From the NCBI GenBank assembly GCA_963668715.1, contig OY764960.1, positions 3,255,423 to 3,319,422 on the forward strand: a stretch of 64,000 nucleotides of DNA, written 5' to 3'. The notes under the pieces were generated by a model, which did no database searches, was not told where the DNA came from, and worked only from the letters and a program-made list of their open reading frames with translations. A program made the translations under genes and the position numbers. Numbering within the stretch: position 1 is the stretch's first letter; each line of letters starts with the position of its first letter. This document shows positions 39,466-47,901 of this stretch, piece after piece. The DNA comes from Bacteroidales bacterium. Its GTDB lineage: Bacteria > Bacteroidota > Bacteroidia > Bacteroidales > VadinHA17.

Positions 39466-40497
39466 ATGATCAAAGCTGAGAACAGGCTGTTTGTTTTGTT
39501 AAAGCCGTATGTATTATGGGTAGTCCTTCCCATGTTGTATTTTACTATTGGGGCAAGAGGATCATGGCAGATTGCACTGGTCACAGCATTGCTTTATACG
39601 GCAGCTCAGTATATAATTTTTATACTGAATCTTAAACAATGGATCCCAAAGTATTTTGAACCGTACAGATCAAAGTTTTTTAATTACAATCTGTTGCTGG
39701 TCCTGTTGATTTCTGCTTTATTGACAGTTCTTATTCATATTGCTTTTAAGATACTGCCGGTTGAATTTGCTCCTGACCATAAGTCTAATATTTTATTCCC
39801 GATGTTTTTACATGTCGTGATTTGCGCTATATCTGTCTGGGCAAGCATATTTATTTACCTTATTGATAAAGAGAAAGAGACACAGGCACAAATAGAAACC
39901 TTAAAACGCGATAAGGCAGAGAGTGAACTTAAATATCTTAAAACACAGATAAACCCTCATTTTTTATTTAATGCTTTGAACAATATTTATTCCATGGCTT
40001 ATTCTGTCGATAAGAAAGTTTCCGAAAAGATCTCCATGCTTTCCGATATGCTTCGCTATGTGCTTTACGATTGTGAATCGGATTATATTCCCCTTGAGAT
40101 GGAGATTGAATATATCAGGAGTTTCGTTGAGTTTCAGCAATTGAAGACAGAAAAGAAGCAAAATATTAACTTTGTTATTTCTGTGATAGATCAGAATAAA
40201 AGTATTGCCCCTATGCTACTGGCCCCTTTGGTAGAAAACGGGTTTAAACACAGCGGCATAGAGAAAGATAGTTCAGGTTTTGTTGATATTAACCTTAGCC
40301 AGGAAGGTGACAGGCTGTTTTTTAAGGTGAGCAATAGTATATCAACAGGATTGAATGTTCAACAGCCTGAAAAAGGAAAAGGTATTGGTATTGATAATGT
40401 TAAAAACAGACTTAAATTATTGTATCCTAAGAAATATAATTTTACTATTGATAAGACATCTGATATTCATACCGTTATTTTGGAACTTGTTGGGTAA
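39466..40497 (+). CDS. LytS/YehU-type sensor histidine kinase (His_kinase PF06580-type)
   Basis: Multiple N-terminal TM helices are followed by the diagnostic NPHFLFNALNNIYSMA box and a HATPase region (LVENGFKHS...GKGIGIDNV). Confidence 0.8.
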   Translation: MIKAENRLFVLLKPYVLWVVLPMLYFTIGARGSWQIALVTALLYTAAQYIIFILNLKQWIPKYFEPYRSKFFNYNLLLVLLISALLTVLIHIAFKILPVEFAPDHKSNILFPMFLHVVICAISVWASIFIYLIDKEKETQAQIETLKRDKAESELKYLKTQINPHFLFNALNNIYSMAYSVDKKVSEKISMLSDMLRYVLYDCESDYIPLEMEIEYIRSFVEFQQLKTEKKQNINFVISVIDQNKSIAPMLLAPLVENGFKHSGIEKDSSGFVDINLSQEGDRLFFKVSNSISTGLNVQQPEKGKGIGIDNVKNRLKLLYPKKYNFTIDKTSDIHTVILELVG

Positions 40498-41241
40498 ATG
40501 GAAAAGAATAAATACAACTGTATAATCATTGATGATGAATATCTTGCACGAAAGCTGATTGCCGACTATGTCTCAAAGATACATCATCTGAACCTTGCCG
40601 GTTGTTTCGACAGTCCTATAAATGCTATTGATACAATAACTAACGGAAGCATTGATGTTATCTTTACCGATATCGAAATGTCGGATATGACAGGTATAGA
40701 TTTTATAAAAAATCTCTCGATCCATAACAGACCTATAGTGGTATTTATCACAGCTTACCCTCAGTATGCCGTTCAGGGCTTTGAAATAGATGCTGTTGAA
40801 TACCTGTTAAAACCCGTTTCGTTCCCAAGGTTCGTCAAGGCAGTTAATAAAGTTACCAATATCCTGAAGATCAGAGATCAGCTTATCTCGTTCAGAAACA
40901 ATAAATGGCAGTCAGAAGATGTAAGTAGCGATAAGGATTATATTATTGTTAAAACCGAAAGAAGAATTGTAAAGCTCCTCTATAGCGAAATATATTTTAT
41001 TGAGGGAGCCTTGGAATATGTAACTTTTCAGACCGTAAACAGGCGGATTATGGGCCTTTTTTCTCTTAAGAAACTCGAAGAAGAATTGCCCGGTGACAGG
41101 TTCATGAGGATACATAAGTCATATATAGTTGCCCTGGATAAGATCAGCGAGATCAAGGGTAACCAGGTCCAGGTCGGGCAATGGACAATAAATGTAAGCA
41201 AGGCCATGAAATCAAAATTGCTTAAATCATTCGGAAGTTAA
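40498..41241 (+). CDS. LytTR-family response regulator
   Basis: The start directly abuts the kinase stop (TAAATG). It has a receiver (CIIIDDEYLARKL...DIEMSDMTG) and a LytTR domain (FMRIHKSYIVALDKI). Confidence 0.85.
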   Translation: MEKNKYNCIIIDDEYLARKLIADYVSKIHHLNLAGCFDSPINAIDTITNGSIDVIFTDIEMSDMTGIDFIKNLSIHNRPIVVFITAYPQYAVQGFEIDAVEYLLKPVSFPRFVKAVNKVTNILKIRDQLISFRNNKWQSEDVSSDKDYIIVKTERRIVKLLYSEIYFIEGALEYVTFQTVNRRIMGLFSLKKLEEELPGDRFMRIHKSYIVALDKISEIKGNQVQVGQWTINVSKAMKSKLLKSFGS

Positions 41242-42300
41242 TTGCCTTTTCCGTTTATTGTTCATTTTTACTGTAATATTGTCAAATATCAGGTAAACCA
41301 CCGGCACTACAACCAGCGTCAGTATCATTGAGCTTAATAATCCGCCGATGATTACCCAGGCCATTCCTGTTTTAAGTTCGGCACCGTTACCCGTTGCAAG
41401 AGCGATAGGAAGCATCCCGAAAATCATAGCGAACGTAGTCATCAATATCGGTCTTAATCTTTCTTTACCTGCCTCGATAAGGGCTTCAAACGTATTCATC
41501 CCTTCTTCGCGGTGTAGCCTGTTAGCAAAATCCACCAGCAGGATAGCGTTTTTGGCCACCAGTCCGATTAATACAATCAGGCCTATAATGCTAAAAAGAG
41601 TTAAATCGTTCATTGTCAGTGCCAGTGCCAGGAAAGCACCGATCATTGATAAGGGTATGGAAAAAAGTATTATTACAGGATCCAGCAGTGAGTTGTAAAG
41701 CACTACCATTATCAGGTATATAAGAACCAGGGCAGCAATAAAGGAAAAGGCTAAACTGCCAAAGGCATCAGACTGTACTTCTAACATGCCACCCTCTTTT
41801 ATACTTACGCCGGCAGGAATTTTATCTTCGAATTTAGCGCGAATCTCAGCGCCAACCGTTCCTGTAGCACGTCCTGAAACGTTGGATTTTACGGTTATTG
41901 AAGGCACCCGGTCGCAACGCTCTAACGCTGAAGCTCCTATGCCGTAGCTGATATCGGCTATCTGGTTCAGTTCTATGATGTTGCCCTTTTTGTTTACAAA
42001 AGTGAGCTTTGAAACATCTTCGGGACTGTTACGGTCGAAATTATCAACCCCAATGCGGATTTTGTACTCGTAATTTTTTTCTGTAAACTTTGAGTCATCA
42101 TTGCCATTAAAAGCTACACGCATTGTAGAGCCTACATCGGCAGTTGAAAGTCCTAGTTGAGACATCTTTTCCCGGTTTAATTTTACCTGTACTTCCTGTG
42201 AAGGGTCTTCGACCGAAAATTTAGGATCAACGGCGTCTGTATGGTAATTTATATATTTTTCAAAACCTGATTTTATATGCCGGACAATTCCCTTTTTGAA
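41227..42300 (-). pseudogene. 3' fragment (~last third) of an RND efflux permease gene
   Basis: The translation matches only the C-terminal porter/TM7-12 part of RND pumps (...VQVKLNREKMSQLGLS...AKNAILLVDFAN...). RND-like text continues upstream of the first ATG to about 42300. There it meets the opposing fragment, and no N-terminal two thirds exist. Confidence 0.65.
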
Positions 42301-42308
42301 ACTGTCAA

Positions 42309-42662
42309 TTGATGTCCCGTGTGAAAGCGCTGGCTGAACGTATATATAATCCTGTTGAAGAAGAAAAGATATATAAATTCGGCTCTTTTACCTTCGACAC
42401 TATTGAATGGACGCTTGTTAACGGTGACAGTTCCGAAACGTTATCGAGTCGTGAAGCCCGGATATTGCATCATTTATGCAGGAAAATGAATGAAGTAGTG
42501 CCGGCACAAACCTTGTTGATAGATATATGGGGCGATGATGACTATTATATGTCACGCAGCCTTATTGTTTTTATCACGCATCTTCGTCACAAACTGGCCC
42601 CTGACCCTTCTGTTCAGATAGTTAATGTGAGAGGGGTGGGGTATAAGCTGGTCTGTAAATGA
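42309..42662 (+). pseudogene. 3' fragment of an OmpR/PhoB-type response regulator (winged-helix domain only, no receiver)
   Basis: The text SRVKALAERI...YKFGSFTFDTIEWTL...LSSREARILHHL...IDIWGDD...FITHLRHKL...NVRGVGYKLV corresponds to the linker plus Trans_reg_C domain. The frame is closed by TGA at 42297-42299, so the receiver domain is absent. Confidence 0.6.
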
Positions 42663-42745
42663 CAGAACGGGGCCAGTCCCAGTCCCAGGATATCTTATTT
42701 TTTAATAACAGGCTTTGAAATATGTTTTATTAAAGAAAAAATATT

Positions 42746-42783
42746 AAGTTTGCTTGTAAATTAATTTAAGTATGCTTAAACTA
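42746..42783. promoter_or_regulatory. AT-rich palindromes upstream of the DtxR-family gene (candidate auto-operator)
   Basis: Perfect palindrome TAAATTAATTTA (42758-42769) and adjacent TTTAAG-TATG-CTTAAA (42765-42780), lying 20-55 nt before the ATG. Confidence 0.3.
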
Positions 42784-42802
42784 ATATTGTAAAAAGAATG
42801 AT

Positions 42803-43468
42803 ATGACTGTTTCAGTTGACGATTTTATAAAAACAATTTATAAGCAAAGTATTCTTGCAAAGGCCGACACCAAACTTAGTACTATATCCGGGCTGCTCAA
42901 TATTTCTAATGCAGCAACAACAGATATGGCACGAAGACTGGCCCGAAAAGGATTAGTCATTTACATTAAATACAAACCGTTGTCATTAACTACAGCAGGA
43001 AACAAGCTTGCATTAAATGTATTACGCAAACATCGGTTATGGGAAGCATTCCTGTATCAGACGCTCAGTCTTTCTTTATACGAGGTTCACCGGGAGGCTG
43101 AAAATTTAGAACATTTTACTTCTGATTATCTTGCCGGTAAAATAGAAGAATATTTAGGAAATCCGGAAACGACACCACATGGGGCTCCTATTCCATCGTT
43201 TAATGGCAATGTCCATACCGACAGCTCCCAAATATTGCTATCGGAGGCAGGGGCCGGAAATATATATGAAGTATCCCGGTTGTCCGGCTCAGGAAAAGAT
43301 TTCTTTGATTTATGTAAATCAGGCGGTATTATAATTGGAGCCCGAATATGGGTTGAAAAACAATACCGATTGAAGAAGATGACCGAAATTAAGATTAACA
43401 AAAATAAAATTTTCCTTAATGAGGACATTGCAAATGCTATTTATGTTAAGAAGTTAAATAATAATTAA
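42803..43468 (+). CDS. DtxR/MntR-family metal-dependent transcriptional repressor with C-terminal FeoA/SH3-like domain
   Basis: It has an N-terminal wHTH (ISGLLNISNAATTDMARRLARKGLV) and a dimerisation/metal-site region (LRKHRLWEAFLYQTL...VHREAENLEHF...PHGAPIP). Confidence 0.75.
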   Translation: MTVSVDDFIKTIYKQSILAKADTKLSTISGLLNISNAATTDMARRLARKGLVIYIKYKPLSLTTAGNKLALNVLRKHRLWEAFLYQTLSLSLYEVHREAENLEHFTSDYLAGKIEEYLGNPETTPHGAPIPSFNGNVHTDSSQILLSEAGAGNIYEVSRLSGSGKDFFDLCKSGGIIIGARIWVEKQYRLKKMTEIKINKNKIFLNEDIANAIYVKKLNNN

Positions 43469-43525
43469 TCGTCGTAAGCCAGGGGAAGGAAGAAAACTTT
43501 TGGATTTAGGACTAAAATTTTACAT

Positions 43526-44203
43526 ATGGCAAAATTAATTTTAATAAGACACGGGCAATCTGTTTGGAACCTGAAAAATGTGTTTACAGGTTGGGTTGAT
43601 GTACCTCTTTCACCTAATGGGATAAACGAGGCTATCGAAGCAGGAAAACAGTTGGCAAATATTAATCTGGATGTGGTTTATACCTCAGTGCAGGTACGTG
43701 CTATTGAGACGGCAATGTTGGCTCTGGTACAAAATAATAGCGAAAAAACACCTGTCGTAATCCACTCAGAAGATAAAATGAAAGACAGGACAACTATTTA
43801 CAGCGATTTAATGAATGAAAGCATTATTCCTGTTTATCACGACTGGCATCTTAACGAACGTTATTACGGTGAGTTACAAGGAAAGAACAAAGCTGAAACC
43901 GCCAAAGAATATGGAGATGAACAAGTTCACCAGTGGCGCCGCAGTTATGATGTTCCACCACCAAATGGCGAATGCCTGAAAGATACTGCCGAACGAACCA
44001 TCCCTTTTTTCAGGGAAAACATCATTCCGCAATTGGAACAAGGGAAAAACGTATTGATTTCGGCACATGGTAACAGCCTTCGGTCAATTGTGATGTATAT
44101 CGAAGATTTGAATAAAGAAGAAGTTTTGAAATTGGAGATTCCAACGGGAAAACCTCTTATATATCAATATGAAGAAAGAATTTTTGAAAAAATAAAAAAA
44201 TGA
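43526..44203 (+). CDS. gpmA: 2,3-bisphosphoglycerate-dependent phosphoglycerate mutase
   Basis: It has LILIRHGQSVWNLKNVFTGWVDVPLS, ERYYGELQG and SAHGNSLRS, which are the histidine phosphatase catalytic motifs of dPGM. Confidence 0.85.
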   Translation: MAKLILIRHGQSVWNLKNVFTGWVDVPLSPNGINEAIEAGKQLANINLDVVYTSVQVRAIETAMLALVQNNSEKTPVVIHSEDKMKDRTTIYSDLMNESIIPVYHDWHLNERYYGELQGKNKAETAKEYGDEQVHQWRRSYDVPPPNGECLKDTAERTIPFFRENIIPQLEQGKNVLISAHGNSLRSIVMYIEDLNKEEVLKLEIPTGKPLIYQYEERIFEKIKK

Positions 44204-44469
44204 AGGGGCATTATGGCTTTATTCTTTTTTTGCAAACTTTAAATATTTTTTAGCAATACATTGTTTCCGTGCTGGAAAGAAAGCCGGAGAAAAAGCATCA
44301 TTCGCGGAATTTTTTATTCGTCAGACTTTAAATTTTATGAATTTATGAAGAGAGGGGCCAGTGCTTGCCTTGGTTTCTTTACCCTTTATTAGTCTAATAC
44401 CGCCAAAGGCGGGACTGAAAGCGGGTGCGATGGTAAATACTGTTTCTTACAGCTACAAATGATTAATTT

Positions 44470-45693
44470 ATGATACGTGACATTTTTGAAATAATTTTTT
44501 CCTGTGCCGAAAATGCATTTTTGCAGGTAAGCGTTTTTGTCGGAGCAGTACTTTTGCTTTTCGGGTATATCAATTACAAGCGACAGGGGAAATTTGTACA
44601 ATCGCTCGAAAATTCGAAAAAGTGGCAACCCGTTTTCGGCTCTTTGCTGGGGCTTTCGCCAGGTTGCGGAGGGGCAATTTTTGTAATGCCACTATATATG
44701 AAAGGAACCGTTACTTTCGGGACGGTAATCGCTACACTTATTGCTACAATGGGTGATTCTGCCTTCGTGCTTATGTCGACTCTGCCTAAGGAATACCTTA
44801 TTGTGTCTGCCGTAAGTATTGTGGTTGCTGTTGCAAGCGGCTATATAGTTGACAAAATGAAAATAGATAACCGTTTTAACAAAAGGAAGCAGAAATTGTT
44901 GACCGAATTGGATAAAACGAAAAAGGAACATGCCAAATTAGAAAATGAACTGGTGGCTAAAGGCTTGCATTCGGAATGTATGTGTCATATCGGTCATACC
45001 GAAGGCGATGAGATTGATATGCTCCTTCATCATAAGATCGATCCGCGGGAAAAAGAATCGTCGTATGCACATATATTTACCCACAAAATTGCATACAAAA
45101 TTTTTTGGGTCTTAGTGACCATCGGACTTGTCCTCGGTATACTGATGCTTTTTCAGATAGATGTAAATGCGAACCTGAAAATTCCGCATATTGGTACGAT
45201 ATTGGGCATTGGAGGAACTGTGTTTTCGATTATTTATATGATTGTAAACAAAAAGGTACTGAAAAGCGATAGCCATAGTGAAGAGGAAAGCAAAGTTTTC
45301 TCTTTAAAAGAAACATTGGTACATAATGCTGAAGATACTGCTTTTGTAAATGTCTGGGTGTTTGTTGCCTATGTTATTTATGAAATTGCAGTTTATGCAG
45401 TAGGCGGCGAAGCGGTAGTTAAAGATTGGATGTTGTCTACCGGCATGACATCGGTATTTATAGGGGCAGCCATAGGGTTGATTCCCGGGTGCGGTCCACA
45501 GATTATTTTTGTTACCCTTTACACTAAAGGAATGTTACCGTTTGCTGCCTTGTTAGCCAATGCGCTTTCGCAGGACGGCGATGCCCTGTTTCCGTTGTTG
45601 GCTATCGACAAAAAATCGTCATTGATTGCGACTGTGATAACAACCATACCGGCATTGATAGTAGGAATAGTGGTTTATTTAATTTTTAGTTAA
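44470..45693 (+). CDS. polytopic membrane transporter, ArsP_2-like 'putative 10-TM metal (Mn) transporter' family
   Basis: 407 aa and about 10 hydrophobic segments. The duplicated motif GLSPGCGGAIF / GLIPGCGPQIIF and a central His/Cys-rich loop (HSECMCHIGHTEGDEIDMLLHH) are present. It is close to a DtxR-type regulator. Confidence 0.5.
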   Translation: MIRDIFEIIFSCAENAFLQVSVFVGAVLLLFGYINYKRQGKFVQSLENSKKWQPVFGSLLGLSPGCGGAIFVMPLYMKGTVTFGTVIATLIATMGDSAFVLMSTLPKEYLIVSAVSIVVAVASGYIVDKMKIDNRFNKRKQKLLTELDKTKKEHAKLENELVAKGLHSECMCHIGHTEGDEIDMLLHHKIDPREKESSYAHIFTHKIAYKIFWVLVTIGLVLGILMLFQIDVNANLKIPHIGTILGIGGTVFSIIYMIVNKKVLKSDSHSEEESKVFSLKETLVHNAEDTAFVNVWVFVAYVIYEIAVYAVGGEAVVKDWMLSTGMTSVFIGAAIGLIPGCGPQIIFVTLYTKGMLPFAALLANALSQDGDALFPLLAIDKKSSLIATVITTIPALIVGIVVYLIFS

Positions 45694-45734
45694 GGCTTTT
45701 GTCCTGCTTCCGGCTAAACGGATTTATTGCTTTA

Positions 45735-46787
45735 TCAAAACTTTTTCTTTCCCCAAATGATTATCCCCGACACAGCAAGGAAAGACCCGGCAAGCCCTGT
45801 GAAAAAGGTTACTGATTTTCCGAACCATCCCAGCCAGTCGCCTATATGTAGTTTGCGGAAGGTGTTCCGTATTTTCAGGTCTTTCAGGATTTGAGCATCT
45901 TCGGTTTTCTTCCCGGTATATTTATTAATCAGGTAGGGCGTGCCGGTAAAGGTAACCATTCCGATTTTTGTGCCTGCGATACATTGTATCCGGGACGATT
46001 GATCCATATCCCATAATTCGGTTTTCACCATTCTTACACCGGGATTTTGCATTAACGGATTGATGATTGAGGCAAGCGGCAGGGGGTGTCGTGTAGTATC
46101 TGTTTTAACCATCGGTTGTCCGTGTTTTTGTGCTTCGATGCCCTGTTTGGGAAGATAGAACAAGGCGACACCGCTGACAGAAAGCAGAAGCATTACCAGG
46201 ACAAAATATAAGCCGAAAACCCGGTGCAGATCAATCATCCTGCGTAAAAACGGTACATTATGTTTTATTGTAAGCGAATTTTTGAGGTATTTTTTACTCT
46301 TGTTCTTCGGCCACCACATAATAAGTCCCGTAACAAGTTCTATTACAAAAATAACGGAAGCAACCAGAACAACCCATGCTCCTGTTTTTTTCAAGAGCAA
46401 TTGTTTATGGAAATGTGCCGTCATCGAAAACAGACCAACCAGCCGGCTTTCACCGGTGATTTGTCCCGTATGCGGGTTTACATATACATAGCTTTTCCCT
46501 GTTTTTTTACTGCCTACGATAAACAATGTTGCTTTATCCTTTTTTTTATACGTAAAACATTCTAATATAATATGTTCTGGGTAGGCTTTTTTTACTGTTT
46601 TGAGCATTGCATCGATGGAAATCTGCCAGTTTTGTGGCCTTACCGTTGATATATTATGGTTGGCGAGGTTTAATATTTCATCGGAGAAGACGAATAAACT
46701 GCCACTCAAACAGATAAAAAATACGATAACGGCACTTGGGAGCCCCAGCCATAAATGGAGCTTATAATTAATTTTTTTGAAGTTCAT
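45735..46787 (-). CDS. PepSY-associated TM-helix protein (PiuB/FoxB-like putative ferric-siderophore reductase)
   Basis: N-terminal text KLHLWLGLPSAVIVFFICLSGS, the recurring HR/HK..LL TM signatures (FHKQLLL, LHRVFGL, LHIGDWLG) and the size are typical of the family. Confidence 0.7.
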   Translation of the reverse strand: MNFKKINYKLHLWLGLPSAVIVFFICLSGSLFVFSDEILNLANHNISTVRPQNWQISIDAMLKTVKKAYPEHIILECFTYKKKDKATLFIVGSKKTGKSYVYVNPHTGQITGESRLVGLFSMTAHFHKQLLLKKTGAWVVLVASVIFVIELVTGLIMWWPKNKSKKYLKNSLTIKHNVPFLRRMIDLHRVFGLYFVLVMLLLSVSGVALFYLPKQGIEAQKHGQPMVKTDTTRHPLPLASIINPLMQNPGVRMVKTELWDMDQSSRIQCIAGTKIGMVTFTGTPYLINKYTGKKTEDAQILKDLKIRNTFRKLHIGDWLGWFGKSVTFFTGLAGSFLAVSGIIIWGKKKF

Positions 46788-46829
46788 TTTATTAAATAGT
46801 ATTAGAGTAATAGTGTTGGCTGTTGCCCT

Positions 46830-47438
46830 TTAGCTGTCGGCCCTGAACAGCATCATATAATAATAGCCTAAATCGACATACTCTTGCTTGAGAAAGCCAT
46901 ACCCTGCTAAGGCTTCTTCTAATTCTTCAGGCGATATACGCATACCCAGGGGAGGGCCGAAGGGCATTTCTTCTTTTTTGCATTCGATGACGGACAACTG
47001 TCCCCCGGCTTTCAGTATTCTTACTATTTCGGGATAAAGATTTTTGCATTCTTCTGACATCTTATTAGCATGCATAACGGTTGCCAGCAGGCATTGGTCT
47101 GCACAATTGTCACCAATGGTTACAGTCAGGCAAATATCGCTTTCAACCGTTTCTATATTGGTGAGATGTAGCCTGAGGGCTTCCTCATTAATCCCATCTA
47201 ACATTTTTGTCCATACATCCACGGCATATACTTTTCCCTGAAGCCCGATAATTTCAGCGGCACGCAAGGAGTAATCACCTGCGCCACAGCCCAGATCCAC
47301 GAAAATATCTCCCTTTTCCAGGTTCATTTTTTCAAAGACCAGGCTTGAATCAAGCTTATAAAAGCTGCTCGGGCCGCGATTACCGTGTTTTTTTCCTTTG
47401 TTAAAGCCCCCCTGATGTTCTTCTCTGCATTTTTTCAT
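46830..47438 (-). CDS. class I SAM-dependent methyltransferase
   Basis: Motif I is VDLGCGAGDYS. An acidic post-I residue (VYAVDV) and motif IV/V spacing are present. Confidence 0.75.
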   Translation of the reverse strand: MKKCREEHQGGFNKGKKHGNRGPSSFYKLDSSLVFEKMNLEKGDIFVDLGCGAGDYSLRAAEIIGLQGKVYAVDVWTKMLDGINEEALRLHLTNIETVESDICLTVTIGDNCADQCLLATVMHANKMSEECKNLYPEIVRILKAGGQLSVIECKKEEMPFGPPLGMRISPEELEEALAGYGFLKQEYVDLGYYYMMLFRADS

Positions 47439-47457
47439 AATTCGGTTATATTTTTTG

Positions 47458-47880
47458 TCAGATAACTGCCATTCTTAAGTATATTCCCCTGTTTCGTAAT
47501 TCTTTATTCAGAAGAATTATAAAAGAACCATATTCTTTTACAGTAGGGTTATATATACCGCAAACCGGCGAACCTTTTATGCCGATAAGTCCGGTTATCT
47601 CGAAATCCATCTGTTTATATTTTTCTATTTGAATAAGCAATGGGTTTATTATTCCGGCATACAGGTTCCGGGGATTTTTTTTTATTATATGTTCTGCTTT
47701 TTTTTTATCATCTTCATTCATAAGAGATACCAGGTGCGGGCAGGGCATTTGCACAATACCCGTTTTGAAGTCGAACAACACTTTCAGGACTTCTTCAGTA
47801 CTGTTTCTGGCTTCCGGAGTAAATCCTTTTGTCATAAAGCAATATGGCACGAGTATTATTTTTCTCCCGGTATTTTCCAT
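47458..47880 (-). CDS. small cytoplasmic Cys-containing hypothetical protein
   Basis: 140 aa with conserved-looking Cys contexts (VPYCF, MPCPHL, KGSPVCG). Family not recognised. It is in an operon position between the TonB receptor and the methyltransferase. Confidence 0.45.
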   Translation of the reverse strand: MENTGRKIILVPYCFMTKGFTPEARNSTEEVLKVLFDFKTGIVQMPCPHLVSLMNEDDKKKAEHIIKKNPRNLYAGIINPLLIQIEKYKQMDFEITGLIGIKGSPVCGIYNPTVKEYGSFIILLNKELRNRGIYLRMAVI

Positions 47881-47901
47881 TGTTATTATTATTTTGATAG
47901 A

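Noticed and set aside
44204-44469. Possible Mn (yybP-ykoY-like) or other metal riboswitch in the 266-nt leader of the putative metal transporter (GAGAGGGGCCAGTGC..., hairpin CCGCCAAAGGCGG).
   Set aside because: I could not align the conserved riboswitch cores convincingly by eye; only a vague GGGG..AGUGC resemblance was seen. It needs a covariance-model scan.
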